DNA of 63,810 bases, the filler included, from Reticulomyxa filosa (Eukaryota; Protista; Foraminifera): NCBI GenBank assembly GCA_000512085.1. It is 21 parts of 21 records of this genome, joined end to end, with 100 filler letters (N's around TTAATTAATTAA, not from the genome) between each part and the next. Parts side by side here need not be neighbours in the genome. Positions count along the whole stretch, not along the records: positions 12,543 to 14,507 come from ASPP01019836.1; positions 14,608 to 16,941 come from ASPP01011986.1; positions 17,042 to 18,633 come from ASPP01000603.1; positions 18,734 to 20,505 come from ASPP01043341.1; positions 20,606 to 24,036 come from ASPP01043614.1; positions 24,137 to 28,675 come from ASPP01023555.1; 15 more parts are not named here. One strand, written 5' to 3'. The stretch's first letter is position 1, and every line of letters begins with the position of its first letter. Shown here piece after piece: positions 13,497 through 26,611 of this stretch. Both the position numbers and the translations under genes were made by a program. Below the pieces are notes generated by a model. The model saw nothing but the letters and a program-made list of their open reading frames with translations, was not told the DNA's origin and did not search any database.

Positions 13497-14507
13497 ATAA
13501 TGTGTGTGCATTTGCATCGATAAAACAGGACAACCACAAGAGATATCCCGAGTGTTATGGGCACTGTGCCAAAAGAAAGAACAAGAAGGTCTGGCGCTTC
13601 AAGTGGCCTTTGACTTGGCGGAATATCAAAACGAGCGCTTCCAAAGGGCGATCTTTGATCACATTCCCAAACCGCCACGTTCACAGCGTCCAGAAGACGT
13701 AATCACCACTGTGCCTAAAAAGCCGATTTCAGGTGATGCAAATGCAAGCGCAAATGCAAATGTGACAGCAGGCAATGAGGGTGAAGGTGGAGCAGAGGCA
13801 CAACCTCCAAGTCAAGGTCAAGACCAAGGCCAAGGTCAAGTGAAAGAAGAAGAAGAAAGAGAGCCATGGGCAGAAGAGCTGTTGAAACGATGGGATAAAC
13901 TGCGTTCGATATTATTGGGAATCGGAGTAATACCATTGGAACTGGACTTTTTATTCCGCAACAACCATAGCGATCTGTTGGTATTGAAGCAAATGAAAGA
14001 GGCGATATCGGAGAGAGACTCTGTGAAGAATAACGCGTTGGTATGTTGCAATGGGCTGATGCACAGTGGGACGACAATCGATCAGTTTTTACGTGACAAC
14101 TTGGAATGGATGAGTCGAAGTGCACACTGGGCCAAGTTCACCAGTGTGGCGACTTTGGGAATGATCCACCGACATCACATCAAATCGTCGATGACAATCT
14201 TGGAACGCTATTTGCCCGGAAGTGGTGGCGGTCCTTATCAAGAGGGGGGATCATTGTATGCACTCGGAATGATCCACTGCGGAGATAGCAATCCAAACAC
14301 CTGTTTCAAAGTTAGAGAGTACCTATTGGAACAACTCATCCAAGCCTCCAATGAAATCTTGCAACATGGCAGTTGTTTGGGATTAGCATTGGCTGCCCTG
14401 GGCTCACAAGAAGAACGATTCATGACCGCCGTCAAAGATATTTTATACAATGACAGAGCTGTTCCCGGAGAAGCCGCTGGCATGGCGTTGGGCTTGTTGC
14501 AAGCCGG
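12636..14507 (+). CDS. RPN2: 26S proteasome regulatory subunit RPN2/PSMD1 (internal fragment)
   Basis: ASLLASKIFFH...ALHHALSAG, IDQRL..IVERM, ALQVAFDL, FLFRNNHSDLLVLK, NGLMHSGTTIDQFLRDNLEW...WAKFTSVATLGMIH, PYQEGGSLYALGMIH, GEAAGMALGL. Introns 12863-12954, 13117-13261, 13421-13528. Confidence 0.96.
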
Positions 14508-14644
14508 NNNNNNNNNNNNNNNNNNNNNNNNNNNNNNNNNNNNNNNNNNNNTTAATTAATTAANNNNNNNNNNNNNNNNNNNNNNNNNNNNNNNNNNNNN
14601 NNNNNNNTTATATATATGTACATATATACATATATGTACATACC

Positions 14645-15447
14645 GGCACAAAATTGTCGCTTGCGCAAGAACACTCTATCATCGGGCTCCATCCAATAGG
14701 GATGATAGTAAGAAGCATAATAAGGCAGAAACTCGACGATACAGCCATTGGACTCTAGAACGTGCTTTTCGGTATAATAGGGATGTATCTGCAGCTCGAA
14801 CTCGACAATGTAGCGATACCACATCGGCCCTCCGCCCTTGAGCAGGTATTCAAACAGCTCGTTGGGATACACCAAATAACTGCCGTTCTCCAAGTGGCAA
14901 TGCAGCAAAGATCGGATTTGGTCATTGTCGCCTGCTGTCACGTGGTCATTGCGTCGTCGTGGTTCTTTCTTCGGGTCGACGGCGTCCACTTTGTTGTGTT
15001 TGATCGCCTTTTTGTCGGGCTGTCTGCGATTGCTGAAGCGATAGTCAAACCACAGATCCTCGTACACACGTGTGTACCATTTGAAGAAGGCACGTTTGAA
15101 CTCGTGTGCAATAATGGGGGCATCATATTTGAACATGGTTTCCAGCTTCAAGACAATGTTGAACCAGCCCGGCGGTTTGGTCCACAAGTCGATCACACGA
15201 ATGCTCCCATAAGGAGATATCTTATCTTTCAATGGATAGAATGCACGTTTGCTTGCTTTTTGTGTTCGTTTCATATCGTCGCCCGCTTTGATGGGATCGT
15301 ACGTCCATAAATATAACAGTCTGGCCGCATTCATATCATATTGAATGATGCGTTCATGTTTCATGGCTGGTCTGATACTTGCTCGTCGACCTGCATTTAA
15401 AATGCTACTAATGCTGCTTCTTCTTTTTTTTGTTGTTGTTGCATTTG

Positions 15448-15483
<36 letters not shown>

Positions 15484-16052
15484 TATTATTACTATTTGCA
15501 ATAAGGCTATTGTTCACACTCTCCCAATGCTTGCGGAAATCTTCTTGTGTTTTGAATCTCTCGGTGTAACTCAATGTTCGAAACATTTCGTAAAATACAC
15601 TGTGACGCAAGATTTTTGTCACGTCTTCAAACGTCCCATTTATCAATAATCGATAAAAGTCTGACAAACGATAGAGTGACCAATGACGGAATATCGACGC
15701 ATGTCGCTTATATTTCTCATATAACACTTCTTCATCTTTTAGATACTCTTCCAACCATTGCGGTAGCAGCTGCTCGATTGCGTCGTCGTGTTTTATTGCA
15801 TCTCCTATATCTGGCGCTTCTGTTTTCACATTCATCATATTACAAATTTTTTTTTTTTCGTTTGTTTCACAAAACAACCCAACTCGTTCCAATGTGAACA
15901 AAGAACACTGATTTTGGTAACACTTTGAGCGAAGCCAATGTTGTCTGGGGATGCCCCTCTGTATCGACTGCTGGAAAAAGAGCATAGTTACTACTGATTG
16001 GTCGGAAAGTCCCATCCACTGGAAGATTAAATATCTCTTTATTACTATTCAT
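14645..16052 (-). CDS. Hypothetical protein (5' part, two exons)
   Basis: Exon 1 MNSNKEIF...HIGT, short intron, then ~390-codon open exon with coding-like composition and poly-Asn; no family recognised. Confidence 0.7.
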
Positions 16053-16386
16053 TTTCTCCCTCTTTCTTTTTTTTAAGTGCTTCCCCTTGGGTCCTGTCCA
16101 CTGCTCTCTAAAACTAGTTGGTTTTGAATACTTTATTATACATTAAAGAGCTCAGTCATGCCTACGTATGCGTAATAATCTCCAGTGTTGATATTCAACA
16201 CAGAACCTTCTTTTGCAAATAGAAAATATAAAAGTTGTTTTGACTTTAAAAAAAAAAATGAGTATTCTTTTAAACTTGTTGATTACCTTTACAGTCTCAC
16301 GCCAAGTAGAGTTGCTGGTCTTCTCCTTTTTGTTTGTTTTTTGGAAAAAAAAGTCTGTCAGACAGTTTTTATTTTTTTTTTGAAAA

Positions 16387-16922
16387 ATGTTACAATTGTC
16401 AGTGTTACTTTGCTGTTTGTTCGCAATACTTGGTGTACACTCTCAATATGCTACAGCTGATCCTACAATTGAATCGTATTTACAGTCGTTGTTAGGCAGT
16501 GACTACCAGTTGCCTGACAACATATACGACGTTAAAAATAGAAACAATTTTTTGAGTCATTTCTATGTGTCTTGTACATTAGAGGGGCGTACAATATGAT
16601 CCCCAAAAAAAATGCGTTATTTCACAAACATAGTGGGACGTAGGAAAGATAGTACAAATTTTGGACGAGAAAGTCCCAGGAATAATGTGCAATGTTTCCA
16701 GAGCATTTTACGGGGTATTTCCAGAAGAGGTGTTGAAAAAGCTTCCTGTATCAATATTGTGGTGCCAAGAGTTTTATTGCTACATCAACGAAACCACGTT
16801 GTATGACCGGTACAATATGACTTACGAACAACTCGATCAAAACTGTACTAACTATCATGTCAATCTGACCGCACAATGTGTGGATCCCTTGGTATCAACA
16901 TCCCGTATTTCTTCACTTCCAG
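16387..16922 (+). CDS. Secreted Cys-containing protein (5' part)
   Basis: Signal peptide MLQLSVLLCCLFAILGVHS, intron ~16530-16633, second exon with several Cys and NxS/T sites; truncated. Confidence 0.6.
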
Positions 16923-17149
16923 GTAACAATTAAAAAACAAANNNNNNNNNNNNNNNNNNNNNNNNNNNNNNNNNNNNNNNNNNNNTTAATTAATTAANNN
17001 NNNNNNNNNNNNNNNNNNNNNNNNNNNNNNNNNNNNNNNNNATTTAAATTGAAATAACTTTATTGTTTTTCTTTGATTATTTTTTAAATGGACCTTTTGG
17101 TTGGTGTAGATTTTTGTGTCTTTCTTTTGTTTTTGTTTCTTTTTTTGAG

Positions 17150-17670
17150 TACTGTGTTCTATTTCTTGGAAATGATGTCATAGTTGATGATCTAAGTACA
17201 TATCATCCATTCCAATTGTTAATCAATTGAAGAATATACGATGAACATAATGTAATACAATGCTCGATGTTGCATAGTCTTTCATGAATGTGCAGCCAAA
17301 TGGTAATGTATTAATATAAGAATACATTCATCCACATCGTTGATATTATGATTCAGCCATGCAGAATGATGTGCATTCCAATCTCCCAATGACAATATAT
17401 TCTGGAATATCAATAGGCTGCTGATCATAGATCTGCTTGCATATTGGTATTCGCATCTACATCAACGTCAGGTTAACAATTGATTGTAATGACTTGGGAT
17501 TCTTTTTTCTCCGAGAATGCATTTTCATTCCTTGTCAAGCTTTTCTCTTGCTTTGCTAATCCTATGCAATGAATCACTTGGCCGCTTTGTGATTTGCCAA
17601 TCTTCAATACTTACATATTTTGCGCTTCTTTGGGCCATAATCTTCCAATGTCTCCTTGATTCACACTCAC
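17150..17670 (-). mobile_element. Decayed non-LTR retrotransposon fragment (ORF1 end + APE endonuclease)
   Basis: Minus strand reads, across a frameshift, IVIG-DWNAHHSAWL (APE GDxNAH motif) and SSI-x-ITLC; nucleotide similarity to 63388-63465. Confidence 0.7.
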
Positions 17671-19402
17671 TTTCGTTAGTTAGTTAGTCACTGTTTAGAA
17701 GCGAATGTCTTAAGATAAATATCACATCTTATAATTCTTGTTTAACATCTTAATTTTCTTTTTGTTCAATTTGTCCATTCTTGGCATCATTGAAATTTGA
17801 ATTAACTGCTTATTATTAACAACTGCGAAATGAACAAATAATGTCCAGAGATTTCCAGAAAATGTACGTGCTAATACTTTTCTGGACAGGAAAAAAAATA
17901 ATCCTTCATCATCGAGATAAACTTTTGAAAAAAAGTTATATTTTGAAGGAAGACAAGCACAGAACAACTAGATACTGCAACATCTAGTAGTATCTAAAAG
18001 AAGTTCGAAGTTAATCTTCGATTATTAACAACGATTTTCGTCGGGCGAAAACATACAAAGATACAAAGAAAATACTTTCAAACTACTAAAAAAATAATTT
18101 TTTTTTAACTAGTAAAATTTTTATCGTTATAAAAATTTTTTTTACAGTCACGATCAGATATATAAGATAACAACACCCAAAATGAAAAGTCGATTAACAA
18201 GAAAGAATTGCGAACAAAATTGAGCCACTTTTATATTAAATAAGCCGAAATGGCAATATAAACAACATTCACATGCTTTTCTTGAATAATAAGTGTTTAA
18301 ATTTTATTTTTTGTTTTAGTTTGCTTTAATTTGTACTTCGAAAACAAGGCTCAGATGATTCGGTTGAGCATTAGCATTGCTCATGTAATTCCTCCTGACC
18401 ATTCCATAGGGAAGAGCCAATTTTGTTTTCACAACCGTTGGTTGATCTCACCGTACAACCTTTGAGATTTTATTTGTTTTTTTTTTTGATATTTTAAAGA
18501 TTAAAATTTTTATTTTTCACTTGCTGTTGTTGATTGTGTGAGTTTTTGATATGTTTCGTTTTATTAGAGTATTGTGTTCCTTTTGGGACGTGCTCATTTT
18601 AACTTGGATAAGATCTAACTCTTGACAAAAAAANNNNNNNNNNNNNNNNNNNNNNNNNNNNNNNNNNNNNNNNNNNNTTAATTAATTAANNNNNNNNNNN
18701 NNNNNNNNNNNNNNNNNNNNNNNNNNNNNNNNNAATGTTTACTATATATTCTTTTAGCAAAACAAAAAAACCAATTCTTGAAATCAAGTATGTTGCCCGA
18801 TCAACAAAAAGTATTACAAAATGAACACTCCGTGATCTTTGAACTGAACAGTTGGAATTAGCCAAAAAATATATATGTTGATTGTAGAAGCTGCAAGTTT
18901 CTAAATGCGCAATTGCTCAAGCATATTCTTTCACAAATTGTAAGAGCTGTTGCTGCGGAAGAGACTGCGCTAAATTTAATACGAAAGGTGATAAACTCTT
19001 TCGAGCAGATTTTTAATAACTCAAAGTAATTTAAATAAATAAAGAAGAAATGGCAAAACGATAACGAAAGAGTAAAAGGAAAACACAATAAAGGTTGTGT
19101 GAAGAGTTGGTAAAGTTTAACCCACCGGGGGCTCATCAGCCCCTTTTACTTTATAGGAGCTTCTCCTACAAAATTAAATAAATGTAAACTAGCGGTAAAA
19201 CGTTTAACAATACAGGACAAAAAATTGTTATATTAACGTCAAATAGTGCAAACGTACAAAAAAGAATAAACAATATAAGACAAAGTTTATTCAAAGTACA
19301 TTTACGTCATAATCCATGAACCAAAAAATCTAATTGACATTTGAAATATCAACTTCAGACTTTGATTTCTCAATAAATTAAATTTCAATTAAAAGATACA
19401 AT

Positions 19403-20158
19403 ATGGCGATACAAATGTATGTTTAATTTTTTTGATTTTATTTACTTAAATTTAAATGCTTTGTTTAAACGGCTTTGTGAAAAAATCATCACGTTGGATC
19501 GAATCTAACGTAGTAAAATTTTGTTTGCAAGAGGCTAGTTTTTTTGTTAAGTAGTAATTTTTTTTTTTAGAAGTTATTTTTTTTTTCCAAGTAGTAATTT
19601 TTTTGTGATTGCAAAAAATAGCTTTGTAAATACTTTGACTGGAAAAACTATTACGTTGGATTTGGAACCCGACGATACAATACAAAATGTCAAAGCTAAA
19701 ATCCAAGACAAACGATGTATTCGTCATGAACAATAACGTTTGATATTTGCTGAAAAACAATTTGAGGACGGCAGCACTTTTAAGTGATTACAACATCCGA
19801 AAAGAAAGCAAGTTGCATTTGGTTCTCTATTTGCAAGAGTGGAGCAAAGCAAATATAATTTATTATTTTTTTTATGCATGATTTTTTTTTGAAATTTGTG
19901 TAAATATACAAATCATTTCAATGAATTAAAAATAGTTTGTGAAAACCTTGACTGGCAAGACAATCACTTTGGATGTTGAGCCAAATGACGCATCCAAATG
20001 TAAAATCAAAAATTCATTGAAATGAAGGTATTCATTCTGAATAACAACGACTTATCTTTGCCTGAAAGCAATTATAAGATTAAAGAACGTTTAGTGACTA
20101 CAATATCCAAAAGTAAAGTACTTTAAATTTATTCTTGCGTTTAAGATGTTGATTGTAA
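19403..20158 (+). pseudogene. Polyubiquitin (two-monomer) pseudogene
   Basis: [30 protein letters not shown]...RLIFA...SDYNI..ESKLHLVL (19622-19840) and [18 protein letters not shown]...RLIFA...SDYNIQK...LRLR (19936-20158), with many stops and frameshifts; each monomer has an intron after (M)QI. Confidence 0.92.
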
Positions 20159-20839
20159 TTTATTTGCTCAATTTAAACTTGATCTTGCCTTGAAATAAGG
20201 CTAAATTTTGATTAACTTTTGTATTTTTTGTTTATTATTGATTCTGACTTTGCAATTAAAACATAATGAAGATTGTCATTGTTTAAAAATAAGCTATATC
20301 AAGATTCTCTTTGAATACAAATTGTGGTGTCTTTTGGCTCGTTGCACAACACAAAACGCAATAAATAATTTAGTCAAAGTTATAAATAAAATCTATCATT
20401 AAAAATTATTCAAATGATGCAAAAGCATTTGTGTATTTGTTGAGAAATAAAAAAGATACAATAATTAAAAATGTCCAACTTTATGGAGCAAGCTAATTAT
20501 GTCATNNNNNNNNNNNNNNNNNNNNNNNNNNNNNNNNNNNNNNNNNNNNTTAATTAATTAANNNNNNNNNNNNNNNNNNNNNNNNNNNNNNNNNNNNNNN
20601 NNNNNCTCATATTGTTAATATTGAACAATTATTAGGCAGTTTTTTTTTTAAAAAAAAAGTCGGGATTAACTTAAAAAAAACAAAAAAATGGAGTAGTTGT
20701 TCTATCTAATGTGTAATAACTCTAAAAAAATTACACAATCAATTATCCAATTTTATTTCAATTGTACTATATTTGAGACATTTTACAAATCTCATTTCAA
20801 AAAATTATTCCAAAAAAAAAAAATTGAGAAAGATTTTAT

Positions 20840-22020
20840 TGTTTATATGATTTTGTAATCCCCAAATTTGAATTATGCAATCCTTTAAACCCAATGCAAT
20901 TGTATTACCATTTTGAAAAACATCCATCTGGAAAATGTCGTACATTATTTGAATATCTTTTCCACATTCTAATTTATCATCCAATGAACATGATACAATA
21001 AATTTACAACATGAGAGAATATCCTTTGAATTGTCTTAGTCTTTTTACCAAGCTCTACATTTCATAGATTAATTGTTTTACCATTTGGTGAAAATTTTGC
21101 ACTCAACACATCTTTTGAATATCCTAATAATTTTTCCATAATTGTATAATATTATCTCGTAAATCTGATAAGTTTGTAACATTTTCTGCAGATGATAAAA
21201 AGATTGTTTCGACATTAAATGATAATACTGTTCGAATATGGGATATTACATCGGAAAAAGAACTTCAGATTTATAATTTTCTTTTGAAATGAAAAAAAAG
21301 AAAAGATGTGAAAAATTCTTGTTCCTCCTTTGGAAAAAAAAAATTTATGATGGTGAAAACGTAAAAATGTAGTGAACAAAACATTATTATGAAATAATAA
21401 ATCAATTCAATCTGTTATTTCCAGATTTGAATCATTCCATCATCAGATGCAGATACAATTGTATCTGCATCCGGTGAAACGGCCACACTTCTTACATGCG
21501 AATTTCTCTCCAATTTTTTGTATTTCATGTCCTGTTTTTTACATCCCACAAACGAACCGTTTTATCGTCTGAACAAGATACAATAGTTTGACCATCTGGA
21601 AAATATGTCACATCATTCACATAATTTGGTAAATCGCCCAAAGGATTTGCATGTCCGCTCAATATTTGTAATTCTTTCTCTGATTTTACATCCCATATTC
21701 GAATTGTTTCATCCCATGAACTCGATACAACTATTGGCAATCAGGAAAAAATTTGGCACATTATACAATATCATAATATCCTATAAACTCTTTCACTTTT
21801 TCACCTGATTTTATATTCCATATGGCAATTCTTTTATTATAAGATGATGCTAAAATCATTTGTCCATTTGATGAAAACTGTACACCTGCAATTGGATTTG
21901 AATAAAATAATAGTCTTTGAATCTCTTTTCCAAAGCTTATATCCCATATATATATTGTTCCATCTTGAATACCTGATATAATATATTTACCATCTGGAGA
22001 AAAGTTTGTAGATTATACTC
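20840..22020 (-). pseudogene. WD40-repeat pseudogene
   Basis: Fragments FSPDGKYIISG, IVVSSSWDETIRIWDV, FPDGQTIVSCSDDKTVRLWDV, IQIWG interrupted by stops and frameshifts. Confidence 0.85.
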
Positions 22021-22374
22021 AATCAATACATTCCAATTTCATTAATTCTCCTCCTAGTTCTATTCCATATGTCCCACGTACTGGTGTACGTCTGCACATG
22101 CATAAAAAGATTGTGCTTTTTGAGCATATTTCAATATAAAACGAAGGTGGCTTAAATAATGAAACAAGAATAAAAATATAAAAGTTGGTCAAAGAAGTTT
22201 TAGAAGAAAGGGGGGAGAATTTCAAAAGTTCCGTTTGATAATCATTCTTGTGATATTAAAAATATTGGTATTTACTTAAAAAAAAAAAAAAAAAAAGAAA
22301 AATATAAGACGTATTTTTGAATTGCAACTGCAGCATATAAATTCTAACTGATTTATTCCAAAGAAGAAAAAAAT

Positions 22375-23172
22375 CTACAAAATGAAACATGCATGGTCAG
22401 AAAGTTGTCTAGCAGTCATTTTATCTCTTCCCTCAATTTGATTGACATAATTTGCAAGCTGGGCGTCTTGTTGAGCAGCATCAGTGATTATTTCTACAGC
22501 TTTTTCCCAAACGTCATTAGGAACAGTGTAATGAATGTGCTTTTCCACCTTATTCACAAACCTTTTACAATTCATGTCGTCTGACTCTTTGAACTCATTT
22601 GGCGACAATCCCAATTCCCATGGCTTAAACGTATACTGTTTTCCCAACACATCATTCAATAGTGGGATGCATTGCTTCATTGTCGCAGTGCTCGTTTCAA
22701 ATTTGGATTGATAGATTTGGCCTCCTCCAATTACACGCAACAGCTCCTTTTCGATTTGTGATAAGTCGGAATAAAAGTGCACCCGCAAATGGGTATACTT
22801 TGCTGTCTTGATTTCATCGTCTCTTATCCCTGTCGTTTTTGTCGGCAACACGTGCGCAAACAATATTGGGAACATGCTTGCATTTGTGTCGGAGGCTCCA
22901 TTTTCAGTTATGTACCAATTGTTTTTCACAATCAAACCAAAATGAATTACCTTGTACTTGGAGCTGTATCCAAATATAGATGCCAATTCACTATATGATT
23001 TCACGTAAATCAACGCTTCGTCCAGTTGTACTGTGTAGCTGTTTATCACCTTCACTTGCTCCGACTTCACTATTTTGAAATATCTTTCTGCATCCACTTT
23101 TTCTTCTTTTTTTTCTTCTTTTTTTTCTTCTGTGTGAGAAAAAGATAAAAAAAACGACCAAAATGATCCCAT
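22375..23172 (-). CDS. Permuted papain-like NlpC/P60 (LRAT/PPPDE-like) protein with putative N-myristoyl and CaaX signals
   Basis: Intronless 265-aa ORF: MGSFWS start, IHFGLIV (His strand), WYITE, Y-x(n)-NCKRFV (NCxxF nucleophile motif), ends CFIL-stop. Confidence 0.6.
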   Translation of the reverse strand: MGSFWSFFLSFSHTEEKKEEKKEEKVDAERYFKIVKSEQVKVINSYTVQLDEALIYVKSYSELASIFGYSSKYKVIHFGLIVKNNWYITENGASDTNASMFPILFAHVLPTKTTGIRDDEIKTAKYTHLRVHFYSDLSQIEKELLRVIGGGQIYQSKFETSTATMKQCIPLLNDVLGKQYTFKPWELGLSPNEFKESDDMNCKRFVNKVEKHIHYTVPNDVWEKAVEIITDAAQQDAQLANYVNQIEGRDKMTARQLSDHACFIL

Positions 23173-23999
23173 AGTTATACACGCAAATATAATATTTGGT
23201 TTAATAAAAAAACCCTTTTCTAACAGACGCCGTAATTTAATTTTTTTGTAAAATTTTAAACTGAAACCTGACAAAAATTTGATAAAAGCTTTAAAATTCA
23301 AAACCTGTATTTGTTTGTGCAACATGCAATAAAAGATTTTAGTTGTTGGGCGTCACTTTTTGTCTGCAAACATTTTGATGTTCCAAAATGAACTGTGTTT
23401 GGAAAAACTGGCACAATAAAGAGGATTTGAAGAAAAATACGTTTAAATAAAGTGAAACATTTCTGCTACAACGAAAAAAATCTAAGATTTACAATATTTC
23501 TAGTGTCAACGCTGAAACTATGAATCAAGTTCGTTCGTTGACTTCAAAAAAAAAATTGACATGATGACATCAAAAAAATCAACAGGTAGTGCTTTTGTTG
23601 ACTGGATTCACTGGAACAGTGCTGACAGCAGCATTTCAACATTCATAAGAGGAAGCAATAAGCTTTGTGGGGGAATGAATGAAAATACTGACCAAAAAAA
23701 AAAACGCAGAAGGCGTAGGCGTCAAAAAAGGGAGCAAAAGCAAAATTGCCTTTGGTAAGATTTCTTGAGACATGTTTGTACTTTAAAGTATAAGTATATA
23801 TTGTTTAATCCACCGCACAACAAATGTAGCAAACATTAAGAACAGAGCAAAAGTTTGTGATGGTGTTGGAAAGTTGGCTTAGGTCATCATCTATAAATTT
23901 TGGATGGATTGAAGAATTTAACAAAATCATTGAGCAATATGTTGGAATGTATTGAAAACATATTTGTGCAAGCAAAAAAACAAAAAAAACAGAAAATTG

Positions 24000-24036
<37 letters not shown>

Positions 24037-24136
24037 NNNNNNNNNNNNNNNNNNNNNNNNNNNNNNNNNNNNNNNNNNNNTTAATTAATTAANNNNNNNN
24101 NNNNNNNNNNNNNNNNNNNNNNNNNNNNNNNNNNNN

Positions 24137-24744
24137 CTTGTTTGTTGTTGTTTAGCGGACAACAACGACTTTGCTCTTTCGTTCTCGGAAATCAAAAGTT
24201 TGGAATCTGCGATATACGTAAATGTAAACAATTTCCATAAACCCCGTTGGTTTGGACATTGTCTGGCAAACAACTCGCACGCGCTATATACCATGAGCGA
24301 ACTGTTTTCCCCATAGAATAATCCCGACGGTTTCTGACCATTATTGTTGTGGCCGGACGAACCTCTTTGCAGGTCATAAAATATTTGACGAAATAGCGTT
24401 GGGAAATATGTTTGGCAGCTGAACAATATCCAATTACTCATCGCGTTACTTACGATGTAACAATGGCAATTATCCAGTTTGATTAGCTTCAACATCAATT
24501 CCAATACAATCGCTTCCAATTCTTGCAATTTTGTCCGAAAGTCGTTTGGTAATAGATGATACGGAATTTGCAATAAGCCTGGATTACATAACAAATAGCT
24601 CGTTGGAAGTAGTGTATCGTCCCAATCCAAAATTATTATACGTTTTTTATCATTGAAAGGCGATGACAAAAATAGAAACGACTGCTCACTATCGCTGCTA
24701 CCGTTGTGTCGCAATGTTGGAAAGCATGAAGGCAAGTTGCTCAT
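24137..24744 (-). CDS. HAD-superfamily protein (5' part)
   Basis: IIILDWDDTLLPT (DxDxT motif I), CYIVSNA (motif II), WK..TF; truncated by spacer. Confidence 0.75.
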
Positions 24745-26611
24745 GCTATATCACTTTCAGTTTCGAAGTGGTCCGATTAGTTGTATATTGTGTTTTTTGC
24801 TTGTATGTTCTCGTTCAGATAACTTGCACCTTGTTTTGCTTCTGTTCTGGTTCCCAAAACGTTTTTTAATGATTCTCTCTCCTCAAGGTAAACAAGTGAG
24901 TGAGCAATAAGGAACGAACAACCAAACCAAAACAAAATGCTTTTTAAAGTTTTGGTTCTTTCTCTTTGCTTCAAAGGGGTTTTTTGTTTTTTGGTTCCTT
25001 TTTCAAAACAAAAACTAGAAACACTTCTCTCCAAACGTTCAGTTGTGGTGAGAACAAACTTTTTTAAATTTTATTGCTTGAGGATAGATATTACACTGTT
25101 TTCGTGATAATGTAATTTTTTCAAAAATATCAGTTTCTTTTTTAAACTATAAAAAAGTATTAAAATTGCTCGAAAAAGAAGATTTTAAATGAGCCCTTTT
25201 GGCTCACAAAACAATTGTTTACAATAAATATAAACCATTTGAGACATTAAACTAAGAATTCCAATCACAAACTCGATTTAGAGATTTGTCACGGCTGACC
25301 GCCACTATTCAAAGCAAGAAAAATAAAAAACTATATGATTTGTAAGTTTAAAATTGTTGCCACAGCAGTTAAATTCTTTACACATTAAAGCTGAGTTCAA
25401 TGTTCTGCCATTGCATTTTCTTTTCGAAATTATATAGCAATAACAACATCGTATTTGTCGTTATTGTGTCATCATTTCGGACACAAGGAAAAAACAAAAA
25501 GCTAAACTTACTGCAAGAATTTGTTGCCCTTGCCTATGTTCTTTGCGCACACGTTGCACTGCTGCGGCTTTTCGGAGATTGTCCCCTTTATGTCACTTGG
25601 CAACAAGACATTACAGACAAACGTGATGATTGATATGAATAAATTTTGGTCATTGAGTCATTTTTTCAAAACTTAACAAACACTTTGTGAGAAAAGCACA
25701 CTGAACCAAAACTATTTTTTTAAACTGACCTTTTTGCAGTCGTTATTTATCCTGAGCTTTACCAAAAGTCAAGTGTATGACGAAGACAAAAATTATCCGT
25801 TTCTATATAGACAATTGTAGAATACATTAAAAATGAAGATCAATTGCAAAGTTTTTAGTTTTTTGATAGTTTTTTTCACATTTTAAATTTTTCAGCTAAA
25901 CTCCTTTTAATAACCTTAAAAATTATGTTATTTGTTTTATAAACATTCTTTTGTATTACTTTTTAAAATTTGTGTTGTAGGAATAATGGTGACGGCTTAA
26001 GTGTAACACGAAAGAGGCTTTACTTCAAGAAACAAAATTTCAGTAAAATGAAATTAATTGGATGAAAATAATTCACAAAAAACAAGTAAGAATGAAAACA
26101 AAGAAGCAAAAAACTTTTTGGTGGAAGTAAAAAAGGGAAAAGTTTTAGTAACAAAAAGACTCAAGTACTGTATCACTCTATAACGTTTAGTAGGGCGTTG
26201 ACGTACAGTATTTGCATTAAATTTATAATAAAACAAAACGCAATGAAAAGAAATAATATTTTAACAAATCTGTAAAAAATTAGTGTCAAATGTTTGTTTT
26301 CATTGAGAAAATATTTTGTTAGATAAACATATTTTGAGACTCAACAAAAAAAGTGAGATTTTTTAGCTCAAAAAAATGTTAGAAATAATATTTGAACATT
26401 TACAGAGTATTATATCTGTAAATGAAACCAATAAAACGAAAAAAAAGTACTTTTAATTGTTTTGAAAGTTATGCTTCAGAGTTATCCACGGAAAAAAGGA
26501 CTTTTTCCTTTTTTTAACTTTTTTGTTTACTTTTGACGTTGAAAAATCCAACGTCTCGGCTCCATAATTCTGGTTAGTATTAACTTTGGTTTAATATACT
26601 GGAACTAAAAA

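Noticed and set aside
19622-20158. In-frame stops as evidence of a non-standard genetic code
   Set aside because: They co-occur with frameshifts in pseudogenes; intact genes end in TAA, TAG and TGA normally.
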